The notes under the pieces are model-generated. The model saw only the letters and a program-made list of their open reading frames with translations. It searched no databases and had not been told where the DNA came from. Positions 8,540 through 16,044 of a stretch of DNA of 43,585 nucleotides are shown piece by piece. Position numbers and translations under genes: made by a program. Source of the stretch: a virus. Lineage: Duplodnaviria > Caudoviricetes. The first letter of the stretch is position 1, and each line of letters opens with the position of its first letter. The stretch covers positions 1-43,585 of IMG/VR virus record IMGVR_UViG_3300032306_000120; one strand, written 5' to 3'.

Positions 8540-8948
8540 CGCAGTCGTCGTCCTCGTCGTCCCATGGGGTGACGCAGTCAAGCTCCAGCCCTTCGGCCAC
8601 AGCGGCCGACAGTGCCCGCCCGATCGCCCCAGCCCCGTATGCCACTTGCCAGCGGTCCTCGCGCTCGACGTGCACCTCCAGCCATCCGTGCCCTTCCACG
8701 ACCACGTCGACGGACCAGCCGCGCGCGCATGCCACAGTCAGCAACTCGTAGATCTGGGCGTCGTCGTCGTAGTCCGCAGGGTCGACGCGCAGGTCGGAGC
8801 CACGAGCCCATCCCGCCCGCACGGTCGGCGGCCGGTCGTTGCCGTCCCATCGTGCTTCCCACACGCCCTGCACCCATCCGCAGGCAGCGGCGAGCACGGC
8901 GTTGCGTCGCTCCTGCTGGACGTCCTGGCTGCCCTGTGGTCGCTTCAT
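8532..8948 (-). CDS. Hypothetical protein
   Basis: 138 aa from ATG 8948 (TGATG overlap with the terS stop). Trp-rich with an acidic tail. Confidence 0.55.
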   Translation of the reverse strand: MKRPQGSQDVQQERRNAVLAAACGWVQGVWEARWDGNDRPPTVRAGWARGSDLRVDPADYDDDAQIYELLTVACARGWSVDVVVEGHGWLEVHVEREDRWQVAYGAGAIGRALSAAVAEGLELDCVTPWDDEDDDCDG

Positions 8949-9433
8949 CACTGGCCCCCCTCGTCTGAGTCGACCGGCTTGCCGATCGTCGACTGCGCAG
9001 GCTCCTGCGGCTCGGTGGACACGGTGATGCGGGCGCGCGCGGTCGCCAGCAGCTGCTCGATGCGTTGCGCCCGCTGCGCGTCGTCGCGGATGACGACCGG
9101 CGCGGCTTCGTCGCCGGCAACCGTGACGCGGTCGCCGTATAGCCTGGGCAGCATGCGAGCGAGCAGCCACTTGCGCGTGTCGATGCGCAGCCGGTCGCGG
9201 TTCGGATCGCCCGACGGGTCGTCTGCGATCTCCACAAGGTCGTCCGCCCATCGCGCCAACTGAGCCGCCCGCGCGCGCGCGTAAAGCTCACGAAACTGCT
9301 CATCCTGTGCTTGCCACTCCAGCACCTGCTTCCACCTGATGCCGGTCGACCTGACGCTGCGCCCCATCGCCACGGCCTCGATCACCACGGCCTGCTGCTC
9401 TGCGCGGCGTGCGAGGTTCCTAGGCCTTGCCAT
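8948..9433 (-). CDS. terS: Terminase small subunit (Sf6 gp1-like)
   Basis: Signature FRELYARAR...ADDLVEIADD...DRLRIDTRKWLLARMLPRLYGD. Start at ATG 9433. Confidence 0.88.
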   Translation of the reverse strand: MARPRNLARRAEQQAVVIEAVAMGRSVRSTGIRWKQVLEWQAQDEQFRELYARARAAQLARWADDLVEIADDPSGDPNRDRLRIDTRKWLLARMLPRLYGDRVTVAGDEAAPVVIRDDAQRAQRIEQLLATARARITVSTEPQEPAQSTIGKPVDSDEGGQ

Positions 9434-9662
9434 GCCGTCCCTCGCAGCGGATCCAGACGTCGATGCGAACGGCGCGCCTCGTGTAGTTGCACATCCCCTG
9501 CACCGTTGAGCGCGGCAGCGCGAACATGCGAGCGAGGCGACGGAGTCCGATGCCAGACTCGTGCGCGTCGCGGATCGCAGCGACGACGACGTCGGGAACA
9601 CGCGCGCGCGGGTGGGTCTCTCCGCACCTGCGGCGCGCCTCAGAGAGTGCGACCATCGGCAT
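9420..9662 (-). CDS. Small HTH DNA-binding protein (HNH-associated GExHPxA type)
   Basis: GETHPRARVPDVVVAAIR...GLRRLARMFALPRSTV helix-turn-helix pattern. Confidence 0.65.
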   Translation of the reverse strand: MPMVALSEARRRCGETHPRARVPDVVVAAIRDAHESGIGLRRLARMFALPRSTVQGMCNYTRRAVRIDVWIRCEGRHGKA

Positions 9663-9694
9663 GCGGACGGTCTACAGCGGTGCGGTGCGGTGCG

Positions 9695-9814
9695 CTAGAG
9701 GTATGCGTCGGCGTGGAGCCAGCGGAGCGCGACCAGCACAGGGAAGGCGAACGCGAGCAAGTGAAGCAACCGCCGCTCGATCGGATGCATGCCGATGTGC
9801 TTGCGTTGTGTCAT
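9695..9814 (-). CDS. 39-aa putative membrane peptide
   Basis: MTQRKHIGMHPIERRLLHLLAFAFPVLVALRWLHADAYL, with an ATGA overlap. Confidence 0.45.
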   Translation of the reverse strand: MTQRKHIGMHPIERRLLHLLAFAFPVLVALRWLHADAYL

Positions 9815-9918
9815 GGTGGGGTGATGGTCCACCACAACACGATCGCGGCGATGCAGACGATCGCGGAGAGAATGACGACCGCAGGATGCTCGCGGTCGTG
9901 GTCGACGGGGGCGGCCAT
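9811..9918 (-). CDS. 35-aa putative membrane peptide
   Basis: MAAPVDHDREHPAVVILSAIVCIAAIVLWWTITPP, with a TGATG overlap. Confidence 0.5.
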   Translation of the reverse strand: MAAPVDHDREHPAVVILSAIVCIAAIVLWWTITPP

Positions 9919-10178
9919 CAGCAGTGCTCCAGGTGGATGCCGCCGCGCGGGCCGCGCGTGACCTCCAGGTCGGGGTAGTGGCGTTCGGTGACCGGCTCGG
10001 TGCCGTAGTAGATCCACCAGCGGATCGACGAGCCGTCGACGTAGCCACGGCGCGAGCTTTCGGTGCGCTCGATGTAGCGCAAGGCGGCGGCGAGGCTCGG
10101 GTGCCGGATCGAGCCCTCGGCATCGTCCGGCATCCACGAGTCGCCACCCATGCAACGAAGGAAGCAGGGTCGCGCCAT
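9918..10178 (-). CDS. Hypothetical early protein
   Basis: 86 aa ending PDLEVTRGPRGGIHLEHC. Fits the operon packing. Confidence 0.6.
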   Translation of the reverse strand: MARPCFLRCMGGDSWMPDDAEGSIRHPSLAAALRYIERTESSRRGYVDGSSIRWWIYYGTEPVTERHYPDLEVTRGPRGGIHLEHC

Positions 10179-10180
10179 GA

Positions 10181-10423
10181 TCAGGCACCCCCCTTGGCAG
10201 CCTTCAGCGGCTCGCCCATTCCGTTGCGCCTCGGCCACGCCGCGACGCGGTCGACCAGCGTGCGCGCCTCGTCCATGCTGACGGGATCGTCGCAGGATAG
10301 GCCGCCACGGTAGCGCGTGCGCATCAGGCCGATCAGCAGGTCGATCAACACCGCCTTGCTGGTGCCCTCCAGCAGCTGCACGGCGGGATCGCGATACACG
10401 GGCACGGCGTGCTTGACGTTCAC
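10181..10423 (-). CDS. Hypothetical early protein
   Basis: GTG start overlapping the upstream TGA. 80 aa. Confidence 0.55.
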   Translation of the reverse strand: MNVKHAVPVYRDPAVQLLEGTSKAVLIDLLIGLMRTRYRGGLSCDDPVSMDEARTLVDRVAAWPRRNGMGEPLKAAKGGA

Positions 10424-10965
10424 AGTGTCACCCCCTTCGGCAACACGCGCTCGATCTCGACGCGCTCGGCCTCCGTCAGCGTTGCCAGCACCTCGGGCGA
10501 CACGGCATCGATGCTGCGGAAGCGGTCCCACTCCTGGTGGAACACGTTCCAGACGCGCGCGAACGGCCCGAACGAGTCGCTGCCGAACGACGTCGCGAAC
10601 GAGCTGTGCTTCTTGTGCGCGAGCACGTTGCGGTGGACGCCGTGCAGTTCGAGCGCGTGGACGTAGCAGCGGCGATCGCCACGCGTGCGGATCTCGCCCA
10701 TGCCTGGAGCCGCGCAGGACGCGCGCACCTCGTGTTGCGTCGGGCGACCGATGACCTCGTCGCGATCGAGATCGACGAGCACGGCGACGTGCTGCTGAAC
10801 GTCGAAGCGCGGGCGGCGGCCATCGACTCGCTTGCTGCTCGGATCCTTGCGGATCGCGGCGACGGCGGCAGTGAGGCTGGCGAACCAGCGCGCGCCCCAC
10901 GCCCTGCGCTGCGCGATGTTGGGGTCGATGCTTTGGATGATGGCGCAGTATATGTAGGTGGTCAT
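10420..10965 (-). CDS. Hypothetical early protein
   Basis: 181 aa, preceded by an AC-rich leader with GGAG. Confidence 0.65.
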   Translation of the reverse strand: MTTYIYCAIIQSIDPNIAQRRAWGARWFASLTAAVAAIRKDPSSKRVDGRRPRFDVQQHVAVLVDLDRDEVIGRPTQHEVRASCAAPGMGEIRTRGDRRCYVHALELHGVHRNVLAHKKHSSFATSFGSDSFGPFARVWNVFHQEWDRFRSIDAVSPEVLATLTEAERVEIERVLPKGVTL

Positions 10966-11011
10966 GGTTCTGTTCTCCTGTTTTGGTTGGTTGGTTCGGG
11001 TTGCGACGCTA

Positions 11012-11338
11012 TCAGAAGGGGACCTCGTCGTAGTGCACGACCGGAGCGACCCAGGTCTCGTCGGTGACGACGCACAGCGGCACGTCGCCGTAGCCGCAGA
11101 TCTCGTTCGAGCCGTAGGCCGTCCAGCCGCCGTGCTGCTCGGCGACGACTTCCGCGCCGACGATCGAGCGCGCGAAGGCCTGCGCTTCCTCGGCCGTGTC
11201 GAATCGTTGGCTGTTTGCCCAATAGCTTTGATCGCACTCCCGGTAGGAATCGCGCGAGCGGTCGATGTAAATGATCTCGATGCTGACGGTCCAGTTCCAC
11301 TGGACGAGGAAGGGCTTGTCGTTCGTGTTCGTGCTCAT
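11012..11338 (-). CDS. Hypothetical acidic early protein
   Basis: 108 aa, downstream of a promoter/leader cassette. Ends DEVPF. Confidence 0.7.
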   Translation of the reverse strand: MSTNTNDKPFLVQWNWTVSIEIIYIDRSRDSYRECDQSYWANSQRFDTAEEAQAFARSIVGAEVVAEQHGGWTAYGSNEICGYGDVPLCVVTDETWVAPVVHYDEVPF

Positions 11339-11424
11339 GGTTCTGTTCTCGGCTTCTTGGGTTCAGGTTCTGAAGGGAAAGGAGCGGACGCGCGCATCTC
11401 AACAGAAACGCGCGCCGCTGTCAA
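11339..11424 (-). promoter_or_regulatory. Early promoter/leader cassette 1 (TTGACA-16-TTGAGA)
   Basis: -35 at 11419-11424, -10-like at 11397-11402. Leader 11356-11393 is nearly identical to 12498-12535. Confidence 0.65.
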
Positions 11425-11768
11425 GCGTCTGCGGCAGAAATCTCGGCGATGACCTCGTGAGCCCCCACCGTGCCCAGCGAGTGCCGCAGCGCGACGGCCA
11501 GCACCGGCCGGTCGATCGCCATGGCCCGCAGGCACGTCTGCGCATGCCGATCGACCCAGGCCTGCGCAGCAGCCTCGACGCGCTCGTCCATGCTCAGGGC
11601 GTGCTCGTAGGCTGCCAGCACCCGCAGCGAGCGACCGGCGACGGCCCCGCCGGTCACGCTGTAGCGCGCGCCGGTGCGTTCCGTCGGGCCGCAGTAGCTG
11701 ATGCGCAGGACGACGCGCACGACCTGCACGTCGCCGGTGCTCCAGTCCCAACGCGCGCGCGGCGTCAC
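11421..11768 (-). CDS. Hypothetical early protein
   Basis: 115 aa. Its TGA stop lies inside the TTGACA of the next promoter. Confidence 0.6.
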   Translation of the reverse strand: MTPRARWDWSTGDVQVVRVVLRISYCGPTERTGARYSVTGGAVAGRSLRVLAAYEHALSMDERVEAAAQAWVDRHAQTCLRAMAIDRPVLAVALRHSLGTVGAHEVIAEISAADA

Positions 11769-12142
11769 GACTGCACCTCAGTGTCGCTGCCGACGAAGTC
11801 GGGACCCTCGACCTGCCCGTCGTTGCGGTGGTCCTCGATGCTGATCGCGTCGGCCGCGTCGGCGACGTCTGCGCGCATCGCGTAGAAGGCCAGCGTCTGC
11901 CAGAGTTCGCAGGCGTTCGACGCCTTGATCGCGAAACCGGACTCCTCGAAATACGCGTCCTCGTTCTCGCTCCACTGGCAAACGAGGCGCGCGCGCCAGC
12001 TGTAGATGATCCAGCACGAGGCGTCGACGAGTTCGTGGATGACGTCGGACAGTTCCTCGCCCGCGCGCGAGCGGTCGAAGGCCTCTTCAGCGTAGGACGT
12101 GACGGTCTGGCGGTAGTCTTCTGCGGTGGTCTTGTCGGACAT
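11765..12142 (-). CDS. Ocr-like acidic DNA-mimic (anti-restriction) protein
   Basis: EELSDVIHELVD...IIY...AYFEESG...LAFYAMRADV aligns by eye with T7 Ocr DDLHDAIHMAAD...HYY...LEFEDSG. About 27 D/E versus 9 K/R by hand count. Confidence 0.65.
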   Translation of the reverse strand: MSDKTTAEDYRQTVTSYAEEAFDRSRAGEELSDVIHELVDASCWIIYSWRARLVCQWSENEDAYFEESGFAIKASNACELWQTLAFYAMRADVADAADAISIEDHRNDGQVEGPDFVGSDTEVQS

Positions 12143-12198
12143 GGTTCTGGTCTCCTGTTCTGGTTCTGGTTCTGGTTTGGTGCCGCGCGGCGGGTTGG

Positions 12199-12480
12199 TC
12201 AATCGTTGGTCAGTCGGTTGCTGGCTTCGAGGTCACGCAGGCGCGTGATCAGCTTGGTCAACAACACATGGGCAGCGTTGAACTCTTGCTCGACTGCGCT
12301 GGCCTTCTGCCACGAGTCCAGCAGCTGCTGCTCGTTCGCGTCCGATTGCCAAACGTCCAGCGACTCCTGCGCGTTCGCGAGGAAGGTCTCGACGACCTCG
12401 GCGGCACCCAACGCGCCGCAGAGGCGCGCGTGGAACGTCGAGCGAAGATTGCGGGCCAACTTGTTCTGCTTCGTGGTCAT
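12199..12480 (-). CDS. Hypothetical helical early protein
   Basis: 93 aa from ATG 12480, directly after cassette 2. Confidence 0.65.
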   Translation of the reverse strand: MTTKQNKLARNLRSTFHARLCGALGAAEVVETFLANAQESLDVWQSDANEQQLLDSWQKASAVEQEFNAAHVLLTKLITRLRDLEASNRLTND

Positions 12481-12566
12481 GATTCTAGTCTCGTCTGCTT
12501 GGGTTCTGGTTCTGAAGGGAAAGGTTCGGACGTGCAAACTGAAGCGACAGAGGCGAGCGGCGTCAA
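12481..12566 (-). promoter_or_regulatory. Early promoter/leader cassette 2 (TTGACG-17-TTCAGT)
   Basis: -35 at 12561-12566, -10-like at 12538-12543. Confidence 0.65.
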
Positions 12567-12597
12567 GCCCCTGTCGCGATTTCTTTCGCGGCCTGTG

Positions 12598-13419
12598 TCA
12601 TGCGTCGAGGATCGTCGCCTTCGCGCGCAGCCCCTTGCCGACGTGCCGCTGCTCACTGCGCTGCTCCACCGTCGCAGTGATCTCGACGCGCGCGCCGACG
12701 GCCAACTCGGTGTAGCGCGGCTCGTTGCAGCGCAGGATCCACGGGCCCTGCTCGCCTTCGATGCGCAGGTCGACGACCCACTGCCCGCCGAAGTCGAACC
12801 CCTCGAAGAACCGGCGGGACACGACGACGCCGCGATGCGTCGCGCGGCCGAGCACCGGCGTGCCCCACTGCGTCGCGGCATCGGCCGCGAGCTTCAACAC
12901 GAGCGCGACCTGCGCAGGGCTGATTCGGCCGGTCGCCGCGAACCGCTCGGCGATCTCGCGCGCGATGCGGTGGTCGGTCCTCAAGGCCTCGGCGAGGCCT
13001 GCGTTCGCCTTGAGCACGTCGGCGACCTGCTGGTCGCGTGCCGCCTTCCACGCGCGCGCAGCGGCGTTGTCGGCCGCGATGCGGGACTCTGCGCGCTTCG
13101 CGTTGCCGTAGCTGCGCCGAGCGGCCAGAGCCTCGCGGCGCAGGCTACCGTCGAGCCGGTCGATGCAGTCGCACCCGACGACCGACGTCTGCCCGTCGGC
13201 GGAGCAGACGCGGTAGCAGTGCGCGATGCCGGTGCCGCAGGCATCGCAGACGCCCATCGGCTGCCCAGGCGCGCCGACCTCGACGACGATGCCGTCGGGC
13301 AACGTCTGGCGGATCGGGCCACGCGCCTCGTGGTAGCCGACGAACGTGAACGGGGCGCGGCCGAGGCCAGCGGCGGTCCAGGGGTGGACGGGGGCGGACG
13401 TGTTGGTCGTGTTCTGCAT
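12598..13419 (-). CDS. Zn-finger protein (CDACG...VGCDC) with possible C-terminal OB-like domain
   Basis: 273 aa. Four-Cys motif, helical middle and beta-rich C-terminus (VGARVEITATVE). Confidence 0.65.
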   Translation of the reverse strand: MQNTTNTSAPVHPWTAAGLGRAPFTFVGYHEARGPIRQTLPDGIVVEVGAPGQPMGVCDACGTGIAHCYRVCSADGQTSVVGCDCIDRLDGSLRREALAARRSYGNAKRAESRIAADNAAARAWKAARDQQVADVLKANAGLAEALRTDHRIAREIAERFAATGRISPAQVALVLKLAADAATQWGTPVLGRATHRGVVVSRRFFEGFDFGGQWVVDLRIEGEQGPWILRCNEPRYTELAVGARVEITATVEQRSEQRHVGKGLRAKATILDA

Positions 13420-13492
13420 GTTGTCTCTGTCGGTTCGGGTTGTGGTTCTGCTTGAGGTCGAGAACTGAAGCAGGCGAGCGCGCCGCTGTCAA
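13420..13492 (-). promoter_or_regulatory. Early promoter/leader cassette 3 (TTGACA-17-TTCAGT)
   Basis: -35 at 13487-13492, -10-like at 13464-13469. GCGCGCCGCTGTCAAG at 13478-13493 is identical to 11410-11425. Confidence 0.7.
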
Positions 13493-13779
13493 GGGGTGCC
13501 GCGCAGATTCCGCGCGCAGGCCTCGGCATGCTGTGCCGGTCGCGCTCGCATCGGGCTCGACGCCCGCCGTCGCGCAACGGTCCACGCGGTCGACCGGGGG
13601 CGCGCGGCGGCGGGCCCTTCACCGGTCGCGGCCGGTCGACGTCGGCGCGCGCAGGTCGCTCGACCCCGATATGCGGCAGGGCGTATGGTCCGAAACTGGA
13701 CCGAGGTTCATTCCGCGCCCAGACGTCCGCCGGCAATGCTGCGTAGCATCTCGGTCAGCGGGGCGGCTCGAAGAAAAGT

Positions 13780-13834
13780 GCGCCCGAGGATCGTCTCGCT
13801 CGACGGTGGGAGGTCCGCCGCAATCCTCGGGCGC
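13780..13834. repeat. Perfect 12-bp inverted repeat enclosing two small hairpins
   Basis: GCGCCCGAGGAT (13780-13791) pairs with ATCCTCGGGCGC (13823-13834). Confidence 0.8.
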
Positions 13835-13868
13835 GCGCCGGCCCCCTCTCTATAGGCACCGGCGAGGC

Positions 13869-13962
13869 TGGAGCATGAAGCAGGGATTGAACCCGCCTGG
13901 GGCGGTCAGCAGCAGTATTGACACTATCTGCCTACGCTGGTTCCCAGTCACCAGACCCATGC
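13869..13962 (-). ncRNA. tRNA-like RNA (94 nt) with non-canonical, elongated anticodon domain
   Basis: Minus strand: acceptor GCATGGG/TTCATGC, discriminator T, encoded CCA; T8; D-arm TGGT-GACTGGGA-ACCA; T-arm GCGGG-TTCAATC-CCTGC. The 41 nt between D- and T-arms do not form a standard 5-bp/7-nt anticodon arm. Confidence 0.7.
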
Positions 13963-14003
13963 AAACTCCCGCCGGCCCCGGTCAGAGCCGGCGGGCGAAC
14001 CAA

Positions 14004-14012
14004 ACTGAAGCA
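14004..14012 (-). promoter_or_regulatory. Putative extended -10 element (TGC-TTCAGT) upstream of the tRNA-like RNA
   Basis: Same GCTTCAGTT core as cassettes 2 and 3, but no -35 at 17 bp. It is followed by the hairpin CCCGCCGGC/GCCGGCGGG (13968-13995). Confidence 0.4.
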
Positions 14013-14027
14013 GAAGAACCCTGTCTC

Positions 14028-14402
14028 TCAGTCACCACGCGGGTCGTCCAACAAGGCAGACCCGAACAGCAACTCGGTCGGGAGACGTAGCCATCGGTGC
14101 TCGGAGTTGCCCCCGATGCACGCGACAGCCTCGTCGCGGCGGGGATCGTAGCACAACCGCAGCCCTTGCCAACTCTTTTCGTCGACGAAGTGCAGGTCGT
14201 CCTCGTTCACCGGCTCCTCCAACGGATTGCGTTCCGACCAGTGCACCCACTGGCGCACCTCGGCCTCGGTCATCGTGTTGAGGATCATGCGAAGAGGCGT
14301 TGTCATGTGTCGCAGTCGATAGCGTGGAGGGTGCAGACGTTCCAGTCGTTCGATCTCTGCGAGCAGGTGCCACATCTCGCGGATCAACTCGTTGTGGTTC
14401 AT
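14028..14402 (-). CDS. Hypothetical protein
   Basis: 124 aa, with an ATGA overlap with the upstream gene. Confidence 0.6.
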   Translation of the reverse strand: MNHNELIREMWHLLAEIERLERLHPPRYRLRHMTTPLRMILNTMTEAEVRQWVHWSERNPLEEPVNEDDLHFVDEKSWQGLRLCYDPRRDEAVACIGGNSEHRWLRLPTELLFGSALLDDPRGD

Positions 14403-14779
14403 CGGACAGCCCACACTGTGTGCGTGCGCCCGCCGATCTGCGTGGTGCCGTGTTCGACGACGTAGCCCATGCGCACGAGCTCGCTTCGCCGGCTGCGCAC
14501 CGACTGCGGCGTCTGCTTCAAGTCCTCGTCCTGCACCGACTGCCCGTAGTGGTAGGTCAGCTGCACGTCGGTCGACGGACCAACGCGGCGCAGCAGGTCG
14601 AGCACCGCGCGCCGGCGAGCGGTCATCGCGGTGACGCTTGCAGCCGCTTGCCTGCTCGTGTCGGGATCGGTGCGTCGCGTTCGCGCGGACAGCAGCAGGC
14701 GCGCCATCTCGATTGCCTCATCCTGCGAGCACACACCTGACGCTGCGATCGCCGGCAGCCTGTTCAGTAGATCAGCCAT
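14399..14779 (-). CDS. Winged-HTH DNA-binding protein
   Basis: RRTDPDTSRQAA...VLDLL...TDVQL...SVRSRRSELVRMGYV...GRTHTVW, a common phage wHTH pattern. Confidence 0.7.
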   Translation of the reverse strand: MADLLNRLPAIAASGVCSQDEAIEMARLLLSARTRRTDPDTSRQAAASVTAMTARRRAVLDLLRRVGPSTDVQLTYHYGQSVQDEDLKQTPQSVRSRRSELVRMGYVVEHGTTQIGGRTHTVWAVR

Positions 14780-15104
14780 TGCCTTCTCCCTTGCTCTTGA
14801 AGCCGAGCGTGCATCCAACGATGAACCACCACTCCGACGTCACATACGCCACAGGGTCGCCGCTCAGTCGAGCCAGCTGGAGATCTACCGCTGTCGTCAT
14901 CGTTCGGCCGTCCCACGCGAGGAACTCGACGTAGACGTTGTCGCCTTGCATCTCGTAGGTGTAGGTCTGCAACACGGCACTGTGCATTCGCATCACGACG
15001 GCACCTGCTTTGGCGAGGATCTCGTCGTTCGACTTGTAGCCTTGCAGTTCCTCGCACAGCTTGTCGATCGCCTGCGGGCTCTTGTCCCATGCGTGGTCAG
15101 TCAC
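14772..15104 (-). CDS. Hypothetical protein
   Basis: GTG start at 15104 with a GGAGG SD. 110 aa. Confidence 0.6.
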   Translation of the reverse strand: MTDHAWDKSPQAIDKLCEELQGYKSNDEILAKAGAVVMRMHSAVLQTYTYEMQGDNVYVEFLAWDGRTMTTAVDLQLARLSGDPVAYVTSEWWFIVGCTLGFKSKGEGNG

Positions 15105-15504
15105 AGTCGGCCTCCCCGTCAAACGGCAGCCAACGCTGCCCGCTGGTCAAGTCGCGCGTCGGCATCTCGCCCATCACCAGCAGCAAACCTCCGCGCTTCG
15201 AGGCAAGCCACACTGGAGGGTAGACGGCCAGCATCTGCGAGCCGAAACCGCTGGCCTTGGGGTAGAGGCGGATCGGCGTCATCTCGAATCGGTAGTCCGC
15301 CTGGAACTGGTCGCGCAACCACGCGCCGACCAGCGACTTCATCCCGTGCGAGAGGGCTTCCCACTCCACGTTGCACACGATCTCGACGGCAAGCCACGCC
15401 GGCAACCAGCCGTCCATGAGCTTGCTCGCCTCGTTGAGTTGCTGCGCCAGCGACGAGAAGTGCGAGCACACCAGCTGCATCTGTTCGGTGTGGTCCATGC
15501 TCAT
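15097..15504 (-). CDS. Hypothetical protein
   Basis: 135 aa, ATGA overlap, GAGG SD. Confidence 0.6.
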   Translation of the reverse strand: MSMDHTEQMQLVCSHFSSLAQQLNEASKLMDGWLPAWLAVEIVCNVEWEALSHGMKSLVGAWLRDQFQADYRFEMTPIRLYPKASGFGSQMLAVYPPVWLASKRGGLLLVMGEMPTRDLTSGQRWLPFDGEADCD

Positions 15505-15962
15505 CCCCTCCTCGCGTGCCACTCTGCGATGGCGACGTCTTCGGGGATCCCGTCCGCCTTGCGGCAGCGGACGTAGTGATCGCGGTCGGCGTCGACCCAC
15601 TCGCGTCGTTCGGATGCGAGCGACTGCTGCGAGCGCGCGCGGTCCATCTCACCGGGGTGCCACTTGCGTCCTGGGACTCCGACCTTCGAGAGGTCTTCGA
15701 TCGCGGTGCTCAGACGCTTGTGATCGCGCAGGCAGTTGACGATCTCGCCGAGCGCGATGCGCTTGTCGTTGCTCATCGAGAGGATCGAAGAGCACACCGC
15801 GTCGATCTGGCCTGCGCTGAAGAGCGCGTCTTCGAGCGACTTCGCGAGTTCGTCACGCAGTTCGCGACGCGTCGGCCAGAGGCCGTGGTGCAGGAGCACA
15901 TCCGAGATCGTCACGTTGTGTCTGCCTGTTGACTGGGTCATCGACAACAGACCAGCAGACAT
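15501..15962 (-). CDS. Hypothetical helical protein
   Basis: Open frame. Start uncertain (15962 or 15941). Confidence 0.55.
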   Translation of the reverse strand: MSAGLLSMTQSTGRHNVTISDVLLHHGLWPTRRELRDELAKSLEDALFSAGQIDAVCSSILSMSNDKRIALGEIVNCLRDHKRLSTAIEDLSKVGVPGRKWHPGEMDRARSQQSLASERREWVDADRDHYVRCRKADGIPEDVAIAEWHARRG

Positions 15963-16044
15963 ACACGGAACGGCGACCGACCGTCCCATGTTCGATGCAG
16001 AAGAGACAGAAAGCATTTGGTTCCTCGCTTGTCAAGAGAAAAGT

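Noticed and set aside
10966-13493. Repeated intergenic sequences as a CRISPR array or attC cassette array
   Set aside because: The repeats are degenerate, separated by whole genes, non-palindromic, and explained as promoter/leader elements. No cas or integrase gene is present.
13679-13720. Second mini tRNA-like or hammerhead-like element (GGTTCATTCC, CGAAAC) on the plus strand
   Set aside because: The T-stem is too short, there is no CCA, and no CUGANGA core was found.
13869-13962. Canonical tRNA-Asp(GTC), tRNA-Sec or tmRNA
   Set aside because: The anticodon stem does not pair at canonical positions, the discriminator is U rather than G, and there is no Sec-type 8-bp acceptor, G3-U70 alanine identity or tag ORF.
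13440-14090. ORFs called across the 13.5-14.0 kb gap (13440..14090 +, 12981..13736 -, 13496..13855 +)
   Set aside because: Low-complexity Arg/Pro/Gly translations that overlap a promoter and the tRNA-like element. The region is better explained as non-coding.
16007-16035. Minus-strand TTGACA at 16030-16035 as another promoter of the family
   Set aside because: The hexamer at 17-bp spacing (TTTCTG) matches neither TTSAGT nor TANNNT, so it was left uncalled.
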